Of a stretch of 54,068 nt of DNA, positions 12,728 through 26,069 are shown one piece after another. The DNA is from Octopus bimaculoides (Eukaryota). Positions within the stretch are counted from its first letter, which is position 1. The number at the start of each line of letters is the position of its first letter. The position numbers and the translations under genes are program-made. A model generated the notes under the pieces. It was not told where the DNA came from, did not search any database, and saw only the letters and a list, made by a program, of their open reading frames with translations. The DNA lies in assembly GCF_001194135.2 (NCBI RefSeq), contig NC_068995.1, positions 8,920,225-8,974,292 of the forward strand, in the 5' to 3' direction.

Positions 12728-12977
12728 GATTCAGCGTGACTGTGTGTTTGACAAGACTGGTCCTTTGAAATACTGGTACAACAGAAACAGAAAGAAAGAG
12801 TGAGAGGAAGTTGTGGTGGAAGAGTACAGCAGGGTTCGCCACCATCCCCTGCCGGAGCCTTGTGGAGCTTTAGGTGTTTTCGCTCAATAAACACTCACAA
12901 CGCCCGGTCTGGGAATCGAAACCGCGATCCTACGAAGCGAGTTCGCTGCCATAACCACTTGGCCAATGCGCCTCCAC
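12721..12977 (-). mobile_element. SINE family 'B', lacking the distal 3' tail
   Basis: Highly similar to 11780-12036, including A/B boxes; joined to the RLE fragment. Confidence 0.9.
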
Positions 12978-13664
12978 AAATGCATGCATGAATACATACA
13001 CACATACATACATACATACATACATACATACATGCATGTATGTAATTCGTTTTCTTATAGACATGAACAGTATAGACATACATTTTCACTACTGCTAGGA
13101 GTTCAACTGTTTTTGCACAGACGCCTTTTCTCAAAAGCATCTGTGTACAGGCATACATGCATTTATACATATATGTACTATGCATAGGCACACATACACA
13201 CGTACAGACACACGCATGTAAGTGTATATATATATATATATATATATATATTAACGAGTAACATAAAGATTACCTTCTCTCTGGTGTTTGCCAAGCATAG
13301 GGGAGGAAGGTGTTAGTGCAGAATACCTGCCAGTTAAGTTACGACATAACGTTTGCAGGTAAATAATGATTTTGATAGAACATATTGCCGTGTCTAGAAG
13401 CAGTAATATCAATTGGATCCTAAATGTAATTGTCAGGTTATGTACGTTGTTTTCATGTTATTTTTTTCTTTTTTATATCTGTTATGTATTTATCAGATTG
13501 TGTATTCTATACAGCGGTAGCACAATGGAATATTTAAACATTTGATTTGATATTTCTATAATTAAGATTAACAAAGAATTGAATTAACAGTGTCTAGCAA
13601 ACCAATAGATATGTCTGTATTACGACACTTAAATAGTGTACAATAGAGACTGTTTTCTGTGTGC

Positions 13665-13704
<40 letters not shown>

Positions 13705-13726
13705 GTATATTACATACAGACATACA

Positions 13727-14380
13727 GATTTATTTATTTTATCAATTTCAGCTCAAAGCTGAGGCCTTGCTAGGTCACCGCCGTTTTGCTACACTGTTAT
13801 AATTGCGAGCCTCCTCTGACATGTGGCATTTTGTGAATAAGGTATCTTGATGTGGCTGACCTTATTTGCGCCTCTTACTGCGTGGTAGGTTCATCTGGGG
13901 ATCTCGACAGTAAACGATCCAATTTTGATTTGAAAACACCTAAATCCATTTTGCGAAAAACCTTCTGGCTCTTTACGTGAATACTACAAAGCTATGTGAC
14001 CGAGAAACACAGGTTGTTGAAGTAATTAGTCCTGAAGCGCATTGCTATAAAATTTGGCACTGTTCAGTGTCGACCGGTTCTAGTATTTGGGTAACTTTCA
14101 ATGCCAAAATTTGGCGCAATCTCTCTCAGGATCTTCCTGATGTATATTGCTGAATATGTCTCCCGCCTTCGCTCCAAGGAGTACAGTCTTAGCTGTTTCT
14201 ACCTTTCCCAGTAGCTGAGCTGTTGCAATGAGACGATCTTCTTTGTGAAGCTTCGCTGGATTGCATGAAAGTCCGCTGTTAATTTAAAACGGAGGGGTGA
14301 CCATATTTTGGAGCAGTAGTCCTGGCGGCTGAGGACCATCATAGTTTCTTCTCTGATTTTAAAGGTTCTCAGGAAACCAC
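13727..14380 (-). mobile_element. 3' end of a decayed CR1/L2-group LINE (post-RT region, 3' UTR, (ATAA)n tail)
   Basis: Minus translation FLRTFKIREETMMVLSRQDYCSKIWSP...AIQRSFTKKI...LSYWER*KQLRLYSLERRRE...KILREIAPNFGI...FKSKLDRLLSRSPDEP matches the typical CR1/L2-group ORF2 C-terminus (DYCSxxWSP, LYSLERRR). Contains in-frame stops. Confidence 0.85.
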
Positions 14381-14618
14381 GAGAAAGAAAAAAAACGAAA
14401 TGATAGGATGGTTGGTGCAAAATATGGAATGAAAAGACAGAGGCTAAATCAAAATACGGAAAGAAACGGAAGAAACGAAACAACTAGGTTAATTATGAGT
14501 TCTACGATCACAAGGGACGTGATTCTAATTATTTTCTTCTCTTTCGTGCTTCAACATATGCCTTTATGGGAAGAAAGTATTAGTAGCTTTTCTTTTATTC
14601 CCTTGTACATCAGACGAC

Positions 14619-14657
<39 letters not shown>

Positions 14658-14805
14658 CTGATTGATTGATTTATTGACTCTCATTTAAAGATCTCAGTAA
14701 CTCTACGTTGTGTTTCATTCTCAGTAAAAGAAAAACATCCTCTAATGCCATATATGTACTGAGCACTCGTTACTTATTCGTCAGAGACGAAATTATGCAT
14801 ACATA

Positions 14806-14867
<62 letters not shown>

Positions 14868-14959
14868 TCATAATTAAGATTCAGGTGAATTAGGTAGTTA
14901 AGCTGAAGCACCAAGTGAGCTCGGTATTTTCCACACAGCTCGGATTAAGGTGAATAAAA

Positions 14960-15389
14960 AGCAAATAAGTAACTAGGAAGTTAAAGTATCAGTGCATTAC
15001 GTCCGTTTCAGGCGGCTCCATTTAATCGATCAATGCAAGAATCACATCAATTTGAAATAAACCGCCCTCCGCGGAAGCATAAGAAAGATTTTCAACATAC
15101 AGGATACTCTTTTACAATTGCTTACCAAAATTTTACATCAGAACTAGAGAATAAAAGTATTACATGCCTGTTACTATTGTTAGAATGTGATTCTTTTATT
15201 CTCAAGTTCTGATGAAAATTTTTGCTAAGCTATTATAATGGAGTATCCTGAATGCTGAAAACCTATATGATCTTATTAATCCGAGGACGGCTGTGCATTT
15301 CAAATTGATGTAGTGCTTGCATTGATCGATTAAATGGAGCCACTTGAAACGGCCGTAATGCCCTATCACCTTGAGGTCCTTGTTCACTA

Positions 15390-15393
<4 letters not shown>
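14960..15393. repeat. Long imperfect inverted repeat (foldback / MITE-like palindrome)
   Basis: 14994-15157 is the reverse complement of 15193-15361 at roughly 80% identity by eye (e.g. GGCTCCATTTAATCGATCAATGCAAG / CTTGCATTGATCGATTAAATGGAGCC). Central spacer is 35 nt or less; weaker pairing extends ~30 nt outward. Confidence 0.9.
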
Positions 15394-15426
<33 letters not shown>

Positions 15427-16354
15427 TATATGTATATATATACACACTCAATTTACATCCATAGAAGCAGATGTGGAAGTACACAGTCATACGTATACAC
15501 TTTACCAAGCATACCATTTATATATATATACATGAGTATCTATACACATACACACAAACAAACACACGCACACATATACATGCCTGCATAAATACATGCA
15601 TGCGTGCATGCATACGTACGTGCATACATACATCTGTATATTTGTGTGTATGTGTGTTGTGTAAGAAAGAGTGCCTGTGTGTTTATGATCTTTCATTTCT
15701 GTTGTTATCAATTTAAATTGCATCCTTTTATTTACACACCACTACATACTGAATCATAACTGGCGGCGCTTCGTTATTTTGTAATCCAATTCTCAAAATA
15801 ATATCAAACCGATAAGGGTGTTTACAGTATATCGCAACGTACATTCATTTCATAATATATCCATCTAATACGGATTTCTCAGCGGGAAGTCTAACATAAT
15901 GAAACGAAATAAAAGTTCATCAAGTTCAGTGGCTTTTTTAAAAAGAAGCCATTGATTATTTTCAATATATTTTAATAGAACATTATTTGGAAATAAAACT
16001 AAAAGGATTAATTTGCGGTAAATGGTTGTCGTTTGTGTGCAACGATATAAAAGCCGCCAGCCTGTCAACAGAAACGATAATACACATCGATATGACAGAC
16101 TTTTAATATGTTAATAAATATAATCATGAGTAAATATTACTGTTTTGTTTTGTAAACGGTGTATTGAAAGCTTTATTCGCGCGCGCGCATATATACGCTT
16201 ACACAACCAATTATATATGCAAGCAAAAATATACACACTAGACTCAATAAATTCATATATACATACATACATACACACATGCACATACATATACTATATA
16301 CATATATACACGCAAGAATGTATATGTAGTGTATTTGCATGTATATATGTAAAG

Positions 16355-16405
<51 letters not shown>

Positions 16406-16729
16406 TGCATGGACGCAGTCACATAACTGAAACAAGTAACAGAATACATGAATAAAAAAATATATACGTGGGCATATATACTAATATTTATAAACACAAA
16501 CACAGACACACAGACACACACACACACACGTATATACTACACATGTGTGTGTGTGTACGTTCATGTATTACATGTATGTGTATGTATGTATGTCTATGTA
16601 TGTATGTCTATGTATGTATGTATGTATATATGTATTTATGAATGTATGTAGTTTTGTGCGTGCACTTGTGTATATCTATCTATCCATCTATCTATCTGTC
16701 GATTCATCTAGATATAAATTTACAAATAA

Positions 16730-16806
<77 letters not shown>

Positions 16807-19110
16807 NNNNNNNNNNNNNNNNNNNNNNNNNNNNNNNNNNNNNNNNNNNNNNNNNNNNNNNNNNNNNNNNNNNNNNNNNNNNNNNNNNNNNNNNNNNNNN
16901 NNNNNNNNNNNNNNNNNNNNNNNNNNNNNNNNNNNNNNNNNNNNNNNNNNNNNNNNNNNNNNNNNNNNNNNNNNNNNNNNNNNNNNNNNNNNNNNNNNNN
17001 NNNNNNNNNNNNNNNNNNNNNNNNNNNNNNNNNNNNNNNNNNNNNNNNNNNNNNNNNNNNNNNNNNNNNNNNNNNNNNNNNNNNNNNNNNNNNNNNNNNN
17101 NNNNNNNNNNNNNATATATATATATATATATATACCTAGGTATATATATATGTATTTACATGATTATAGAGATTACATATATACACAGCACTGCTGTCGA
17201 TCCATAACGATCATGAATAGTTTCAACGTCATTTAACCGCCGCCCTGCAGGCATCCATTTGATTATTATGAATCTTGTATTGAATCTGCAATGCAACGCA
17301 AAGTAGGCCCGATTCTTATTTCTCTGGAAATATATTTATCTTAATATAATGCCGAAAATTTATTACGGTTCCATTATTTAAGTTTTGTAACGAAAATGTA
17401 ATCCTGTAACGGTATTTCGGCAAATAAGTATTTCAAATGTTAGAGATGGAACTCAGATGCGCGGTGATAACAGAGTTACTTTGTGAATTTCCAAGCCTGA
17501 TATAATACGTAATGCACGCAGTTAGCTGATAAAAACTTTGTGCCTGTTAAGTCCAACACAGGCATAAACGTAGATACACACACGTGTACAGGCATAGATA
17601 CATATTAACATATACATGCATAGATACACGCATATATAATACGCGAATATCAGTGGTATTAGCCAGGCATCAAAAACATAATGATAAACATTAGGCAGCT
17701 GATGATGGGTGCATGTGTTTCATTAGCTTTCGACTGCAAATCTTTTGCATCTTGTTTTCTCATTGTTCCAATTTGTCCTTGAAGGAATTTTCTATCTTCG
17801 CAGAGTTGAACGTGTCTAGGAGTTCTAGGTATCTTGATTGATGCTTTCTTTTTTTTCATTTTCTTTTGTTTATGATAGACAGACAGACAGACAGACATGT
17901 GAAGATTTTGTTATAATACACAATCATTTTGTTTTCTAATGCCTTAATAAAAGCGGACTTAACAAGCAAAGAAGATAACCGTTTACTGATTAAATTCCAA
18001 CCGATTATTTAAGCAGTCAGGGAAAATTGTAATTCTTCTTTCCTTCATGGTAATGTATATAGAGATAAGTTGTTTACACCTGCCTCGTATATTGAGCGTT
18101 ACTTAATCGAAAATATATTTGGTCCTCCTGCGAAAATGTTATCAATGCGCATCACAAGTTTAACGATAGTACACTAAATATACGCTCGTTCATTTCGTTC
18201 ATTCTCGTATCTCCCTGAATATATTTTCTTGAGTGAGTTTATATATATGAGGGGGAGGCGGTGTGCGTGGGGGTGAGTGTGTGTATTAGTGTATATGCAT
18301 GTATTCCTGTGTATATACTGTGTATATATTCCGTATGTAAGTTGTATATATATATATATATGTGCATATATAAAAATGTATATGTGTGTATATTATGTGT
18401 ACATATTTTGTATGTAAGTTGTATATATGTGTGCATATGTAAATAGATATATATGTGTATATATGTATATACAAAGCTATATTCAGTAACTACATAAGAT
18501 AACTATGTGGGTATATAAAGTGTTGTATATGTATGTGGGTAAGACTTTACTCAGTTATTTTTTCAGGAGGATATTTTAAAGAAACTATATACACGCTAGG
18601 CAGTCATAAAATGATTTTGCACAGCAAAAGATTCTAGCGTAGGAAGATCCAAATGTATTGGTATATCAAGCAGAAGTTCCTTTGGATCCCCTTCGAGTAA
18701 ATAGTTGACAATCACTGTTATGGTCTGTCTTAATTTGTTTCTTTTTATTATTTTTATTTTTCTTCCTAATAACGAGATCGAGAAGGTAGTCAACTGGAGA
18801 TCGAAGCTTCTTTTGCGTCTGTTCTTTTTTTTTTTGTATTTATATATAGTATTTTGATACAGCCTGTCATTTTATTTCTGGGCTTAGATTCCTCTGCTAA
18901 TTGTTGAAAAGAGGCACAAAGCCTTGGGTAATCATTGTGTGTGTGAGTGTGTGTGTGTGTTTTTGCGGGTATGCTAATGAGAACATATTGCAATACCACT
19001 GCATATTTGCATATACAAATAGGAAAGGCGTGGTCTTAAATAGGAATGTCAACGATTAAGTAGAAGTAATATTTATGATCATATCTATAACTATATATAT
19101 NNNNNNNNNN

Positions 19111-19141
<31 letters not shown>

Positions 19142-19381
19142 GATAGATAGATAGATGTGTGTATATGAGTATGTATGTTTGTATATATATATGTATGTGC
19201 ACTGACATACGCGTATAGTCATCTCTCTTCTCAAAGTACATATTTCGATAATAGCTCCTGTATCATCCCAAATTGCCTAATGTGTTTTATGCCCCACAAG
19301 ATGGTTCATCTCTACAAGTACACGTAGATGGGAGTGAGGAGCCTACCATCAATCACGTTGCACATACATACATCTATATAC

Positions 19382-19415
<34 letters not shown>

Positions 19416-20080
19416 CTATGAGTATATATATATATACATATATATATATACTTATATACATATACGAAGATATAGATATATGAATATATACATATATATT
19501 GTATGTATATGTTTGCACACGCACTCACATATATGTGTCTATATGTACGTATGCATATGTGTCTTGTGTGTGTGCACGCGTGTTTGAACGTATATATGTA
19601 CGCAATATTACTTTTAAACATGTATATCTATAGCCATAATCGGACTGTGTTCGATCCAAAAATCCATTAAATTTCCTGTCCCTTTTCCCTTAATTAGCTT
19701 CGCAAAGATTTTTACGTTATTTACATCACCCAGCGGTGATATCATATGAACGTCTCAGTAATGAAGGCCATATTAACTTTCCCTCTGTGAATTGATGCTG
19801 GAAGAGACTGCCGGACGTTAGAGTCATTTTGTCTAGTAAGAGTAGCGGCTGTAATTGAACATTATATGCACGCAAGTATATAAATATATGCACGTATATT
19901 TGCGTATACATACATACATACGTGCACACACACTCATAGGTATGTATATGTGTGAGAGTATGCGTATGTTTGCGTGTGTGTGTGAGTGTGTATCATTGTA
20001 TGTATTTATGCAAGTAGGTATATATCAATATACAGCTTCTACAGGATTATGACAGGGTGTAGAAACACTTTATGAATCGA

Positions 20081-21010
20081 TCAAATGTGCATGTGATCTA
20101 TCTCTGTTTTTGAAATAATTTCGCGAAGCTTGATCACGGGATGATGCTTCCAAATTGCGTGGACTTAGCGTAGTTGGAAAACTGACAGATAGGTTACATG
20201 ACTTCTTAACGCGTAGAATCTAGGCAGAAGCAGCGAATAGATCCCTGTCCAAAGAGACATGAATACCAAGTTGAGTTCCTCACAGAACTATTTTTGAGTG
20301 GCTCTTTCATATGTCAGCTACAAACCAGCCACTTTTACTAGCTACGTACGTATGGCACAAAAGTAGCCCAATCATTGCGAATTTTGTACTGAGAGATTTG
20401 GATGACGTATATAAAGTGTTTGAAGAAGAAAAGATGCATTTCAATGCAGCTAAATACCAACCCTTCCTATATCAGCTATGACGCATCATTGATACTTAGG
20501 ACCAAAAGGAGCATCGGTCGCAGCTCTTGAGATTGATACGAGCAACAATACATTATTTCATGTAAATACCACCACGACGGTAGCAATATGTAGGCGGATG
20601 GTTTCATGGACTCTGAGAACCTTCAGAACAAGTGACCAGGAAACTACTATGATCCGATGAAGGGCATTTGTCCTCTGCTGTCAGTACAACTGCTCTTAAC
20701 TATTCTTTCAACGTCAAGAGTAAGGACTAGGTACTCCAATTGTATGAGATTCAAATATCAACAGCTGTTAAATATCAAAAAAAAAAAGCTGAAATATCTA
20801 CATGGAGAGGGTAGAGGTTTTCAAGCATCACCTTCAATATGCGTTCCAAGACCCTAGATGAGCCTATATCAGGGCAAGAAACTCAATCAAGGGCAACGAC
20901 ATCAAACTCCCTCGCTCAACAAAAGCCAATACAACAGCTACATAGGAATGGTCATTGAAAAGCAGATGATGCTAACGGTGCCCCAGTTCCACAGAAAGAT
21001 AATAATCAAA
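20081..21010 (+). mobile_element. Heavily decayed CR1/L2-group LINE, RT region to 3' end, with internal deletions
   Basis: Piecewise translation SNVHVIYL..FAKLDHGMM, KLRGLSVVGKLTDRLHDFLTRR, ICRRMVSWTLRTFRTSDQET, DEPISGQETQSRATTSNSL parallels the canonical VIYLDFAKAFDKVDHG motif and the minus-strand copy at 13.7-14.4 kb. Confidence 0.75.
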
Positions 21011-21869
21011 GAAGGAAGAAACATGTATATATATATTCCTTCATATGTGTGTGTATTTCTGTGTATTGTCACCTGTGTATAATTGCCTCTAACAAACAGA
21101 ACGCTCAACAGTTTTCTGGAGAGATCTTTGACTAATGAATTAGACTAAACAATTTTCCGATAATCGTCAATGTCGTATTTCTGATCTTTAGATAGATTAA
21201 ATTTCATGTCAGCTTAACTTCTACTATGTCATGTTATATCTTCTGCAGAATAGTATGCTTTTTGCAGCCTAAATAACTTATTGGTGCGTGTTGAGGTCTT
21301 GAAGACATACCAGCACTCAAGTGTGTTTCATTCATTAACAATAATAATTGTACGCAAGCAGAAGATTGATCGAAGATTGCCTAAGTTTTTTGGTGGTTAC
21401 TATTACAATGGAGTCATAGTTTTGATGGAGGAAAATTTTCCGAAGCCATGGCGTTTATGATCATGTGGAAGATATTAAATCTGGAGAAAGTAGATGCCAG
21501 AGTTTTACGATCTACAGAATATTTTCCGTACATTCATAAGCTCCAATTGATGTAGCTGACATTTTGCCGTGTATTCGGAATGAATAACTCAAAGATTTGA
21601 AAATAAACAAAAGAGGCTCAATGTGAACATTATACAGAACTCAGAATACATCGGGTTATACAATGTGCTAATTAACAAGGAGTGGTAACTGTTGATTAGT
21701 TTATTTCTGGATGTGTACACGTATGTTGTGTATGCGGGTCTGCTTTTTTTTATGAACAGTTCCATTTTTATTTAGATTGAATGTCTGCACGTAATTATAC
21801 ATATGCATACTACAATCATATCAATACCAAGTAAATATTATTACATAGCAGAGCAATAAACGATAAAGA

Positions 21870-22465
21870 AACAATACTGCGAATCCACTATGTTTAACTA
21901 TACAACAAATCTATCATCTTGAGTGTAGTAAAATATATGTAATGAGAACCGAACTTCAATAAAAAACAATATCGATCTACTACAATGAACACTGAGACAT
22001 GATGCAAAGCATCCAGATAGAGAAGATGCTGACATCTTCAGTACGGAAAACACCGCAGAGATATCTTTCCAAAACCCACTGGCACCCGAGTCAACCACAA
22101 ACATCTGACAAAATCCCAACTCTAAAAGAAATACTTTTGACTGCCACCCTGTTTTGTTATGGCATTTACTAATGTTAGAATACGCACACACACACACACA
22201 CATACACACACACACACACATACACACACACACACACATACACACACACACACGCACACATATATACACACATATATATATATATGATTGACCGCTGACT
22301 GAACACTATTCAATTTTTTTTCTCCGTGTTTTTCTCCTTGTCTCCGTATTCTTTCTGTTGAAGAGCGTAGCTCGAAACGTCAAAGACTTTCCGTATTCCC
22401 GAGCGTCATACTAATATATACTTTTGTTATTTACACCACCTGTCCTCGTCTGTTGTTATTATTTG
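21870..22465 (+). mobile_element. 3' end of a Penelope-like element (decayed GIY-YIG endonuclease plus 3' repeat with hammerhead fold)
   Basis: QIYHLECSKIYVMRT (21906 onward) resembles GIY-x-YIG. Downstream DAKHPDREDADIF...SFQNPLAPES...KIPTL resembles the endonuclease C-terminus. The hammerhead-like motif follows on the same strand after a (CA)n insertion. Confidence 0.55.
22350..22386 (+). ncRNA. Minimal type-I hammerhead ribozyme-like fold (core CUGUUGA instead of CUGAUGA)
   Basis: TCTTT-CTGTTGA-A-GAG(cgtag)CTC-GAAAC-GTC-AAAGA. Stem I is TCTTT/AAAGA, stem II is GAG/CTC, GAAA is intact, stem III is loop-less AC/GT, and the predicted cleavage triplet GUC ends at 22381. Confidence 0.55.
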
Positions 22466-23464
22466 TATATNNNNNNNNNNNNNNNNNNNNNNNNNNNNNN
22501 NNNNNNNNNNNNNNNNNNNNNNNNNNNNNNNNNNNNNNNNNNNNNNNNNNNNNNNNNNNNNNNNNNNNNNNNNNNNNNNNNNNNNNNNNNNNNNNNNNNN
22601 NNNNNNNNNNNNNNNNNNNNNNNNNNNNNNNNNNNNNNNNNNNNNNNNNNNNNNNNNNNNNNNNNNNNNNNNNNNNNNNNNNNNNNNNNNNNNNNNNNNN
22701 NNNNNNNNNNNNNNNNNNNNNNNNNNNNNNNNNNNNNNNNNNNNNNNNNNNNNNNNNNNNNNNNNNNNNNNNNNNNNNNNNNNNNNNNNNNNNNNNNNNN
22801 NNNNNNNNNNNNNNNNNNNNNNNNNNNNNNNNNNNNNNNNNNNNNNNNNNNNNNNNNNNNNNNNNNNNNNNNNNNNNNNNNNNNNNNNNNNNNNNNNNNN
22901 NNNNNNNNNNNNNNNNNNNNNNNNNNNNNNNNNNNNNNNNNNNNNNNNATATATATATATATATATATATACTACAATAGATTGATTCTGCAAATAATTG
23001 AGCAAAACTGAAATTGTGTGTTGAAAGAAAATGTTTTTGACATTTTTAATAAAAGTAGCACACAAACAAAACTTAATTAGTTATTGAAATGTTAATAATA
23101 TGAGATTACCATGTACACACACAAACGCACGTGCATGCACACGGGCACCTGCACACACGCAGGCACACACACATCCACACATGCGTAGCCATATTTGGAT
23201 ACTTTTATAATATTATGTTTATCTGCTTTCACAACGTACCTCGCTGCTCTTATAAATGGTTACATCTCCGTAAAGAGTCAATAAACTTCTATGCCTATAG
23301 GAACGTTTTCGCTCTTCATTTGTGAGGCACATATTAAAGGCACAATTCTTTACGTGGAACTCATTATCTTGCAATGAAGAAGAAACGACAGAAGGCTACC
23401 TTGTGAGAGTGTAACTTGGACAGCTTATGTCAGTTAACAGAAAACGCTGTCTTTGCATTTGTAT

Positions 23465-23703
23465 TGGTTGGCATTCCGTCGGTTACGACGACGAGGGTTC
23501 TAGTTGATCCGATCAACGGAACAGCCTGCTCGTGAAATTATCGTGCAAGTGGCTGAGCACTCCACAGACATGTGTACCCTTAATGTAGTCCTCGGGGAGA
23601 TTCAGCGTGACACAGAGTGTGACAAGGCTGGTCCCTTTGAAATACAGGTACAACAGAAACAGGAAGAAAGAGTGAGAGAAAGTTGTGGTGAAAGAGTACA
23701 ACA
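23465..23703 (-). mobile_element. SINE family 'B', 3' two-thirds (head missing)
   Basis: Closely matches 11655-11890. Confidence 0.9.
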
Positions 23704-23734
23704 GTACACACACATATAAATATACACACACATA

Positions 23735-23866
23735 GGATGAGCTACCTTCTGTTTCCGCTCACCAAAACTACTCACAAAGCAACAGTCTCTTGCCCAGGGT
23801 GCTAAGCAATGATTCTGAACTTTTAAGCATGTGGTTGATAAGCAAGATCCTCATCACACAGCCATA
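23735..23866 (-). mobile_element. SINE family 'C-D' head, degenerate with internal deletion
   Basis: Minus strand TGGCTGTGTGATGAGG...CAACCACATG...GTTCAGAATC...CACCCTGGGCAAGAGAC...GTGAGTAG...GGAAACAGAAG. Confidence 0.65.
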
Positions 23867-24380
23867 CTTAATATAAAGTAAAAATAATGTCTGAAGGGAC
23901 TCCGTAGTAGCGATTTACGATATATGAAATTAGGAAATATTTCAACTCAAATGAAAGCCATGTTGAAGCGAAGCCGTACAAATCGAGTACCGTGTAAAAT
24001 GAGGCTGATAAATATACAAGCTAATGTTCATGTAGGCTAATGATATATATGTTTTCTTCAGAGTAGCCTCGTTTCATTTTGAAACGAGTCTAGCGAATAG
24101 GTTAATTGTTATGGCAATTGTGTCAATGGAATATTGGTGCAATCGTTCTTTTAATGCGTTGGAATTCATGGTTTGATGCGCATTTCCAATAGCATCGTCA
24201 CCGCCACCACTACTACCAGCACAAAGTTCCTACGACAGCGTATCACATTCACGTGTGAGCATATGTCTATGTGCTTGTGTATGTGCGAATGTATTCTTGT
24301 GTGTTTGTGTGAGTTTGTGTGTATGTGTAATAATGTATGTGCGCGCCAATGCTACATTAGACGTTGTTATACATAGGAAG

Positions 24381-24436
<56 letters not shown>

Positions 24437-24689
24437 GTTCATCTATAAATATGCACAGCATACATACACATATACATGTTCAAACACATCTTTCTCTCAC
24501 AATCTGGCTTCCTGTTTAATACATATGATCTTGTGTGTGTTTGTGTGTGTGTGTGAGTGAGTGAGTGTGTGAGTATATTTATATATCATGTACACACGTG
24601 TGTTCGTGAGGATGCTTTTCTTTGTGAGCGTGTATATTTTGAGATATGAGATAACGAAAAACAAAAGAAAGAGAACGAAAGATAGAGAC

Positions 24690-24727
<38 letters not shown>

Positions 24728-25734
24728 AAAAAGAGGTGAAGAGACAGAGATAAAGAACAAGCATTGGTTTGAGAACAGCTTTGAGACGCGGGTTGGGTGC
24801 ATTTAAAAACCTATTTTACCTTTCACATTTAACGAGTCCTCAATAAACGTGCATATCAGCATTTCATAGAATTGAAATTTTTAATGTCTCCTATATTTTG
24901 TCGTCACGCCTGAAGACAAAATTTCGCTCCAATGATTCCAAATTGAGATTATTCGGGCAATAGTTTCTAAGGAAAGAAAGAATACAAAAACATAATTGCC
25001 ATTAAGTATAAAAATACAAAAGGCACAAAAGCTGAATTATAACGTTCCGTAATGCATTTCCAGAGGTCGACACTCGCATAAGTAGACATACATATATATA
25101 TGTATATGCATAAATACACACACACATACATACATACATATACATTCATATATATATAAACACACATAAACACACACGTAAAATGTATGTCTTTTTGTGT
25201 ACGTACGTATTATTTATGTATGTATATATGTAAGTATGCAAATATAAAAGTGTGTGTGCATATATATATATATGTACAGATCATGTATAACATATATATA
25301 TGTGTGTGTGAGTATGTGTAGATATATGTACAGGTTATGTATAATATATATATATATATANNNNNNNNNNTATTCATATGTATGTATTCGCTCAGGTTGA
25401 CTTACAGAATTTTTTTTATTATATTATCTTTCATTTTTTTAATCTTTTTTTTTCCTATTCTTTTTGGTTTATTCTTGTTCACTAATGCATAAAATTGCTT
25501 GACCTGAAGTAAAATGCCTTCACAAAATTCTTTGAAAACGTCGGTTTTACAGAAGCTGAAGCCCTTCTCTATTTCATGTATATTCCCAGGGAAATATAAC
25601 AGAAAGTACAAAAAATTGCTTCAAAACCAAATACTGAGTTGTACATCGTTTCTTAATTTTCATTCTTATCTTCGTTCTGTATACAATATAGATCCTCTGT
25701 CTCATGATATCGGTTTCAAATTTTTGCACAAAGT

Positions 25735-25880
25735 CAGCAGGTATTGTTTTATCGACCTCGGAAGAATAAAAGGTAAAGTCGACTTTAGCCGATCTTGAAC
25801 TCCGGATGTAAAACGGACGAAATGCTGCCAAGCATTTTGTCCGCTGTTCTAAGGATTCGGCCTATTTGCCGCCGTCTTCT
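25735..25880 (-). mobile_element. SINE family 'A', 3'-incomplete
   Basis: Minus strand GGCGGCAAATAGGCCGAATCC...AAATGCTTGGCAGCATTTCGTCCG...GAGTTCAAGATC (B box)...GTCGACTTT...GAGGTCGATAAA. Confidence 0.75.
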
Positions 25881-26069
25881 GTCTCATAATATCGCTGCTA
25901 TTTTTTTTTCAACAGAGTGCCTTACTTGACAGGAAGTTTTCCATGGTTGTTTAAATTGCTGTTTTGGGGATTTTGTTTTTGAGGGCGTTATGTTTTTTAT
26001 TGTTTAATTCTATTTCAATCTAAGCTGGTATTCTGTCTAAATAATCAAGACGACGTGTCGAAGTCAACT

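Noticed and set aside
17659-18793. Short minus-strand ORFs (KIPRTPRHVQLCEDRKF...; NYLLEGDPKELLLDIPIHL...) and the TTTTTTCAG acceptor at ~18566
   Set aside because: No consistent exon structure, early stops in all frames after the acceptor, and no family recognised.
24068-24088. Perfect 9-bp hairpin CTCGTTTCA-TTT-TGAAACGAG
   Set aside because: A single short palindrome is not far from chance expectation in 54 kb of AT-rich DNA; it has no supporting context.
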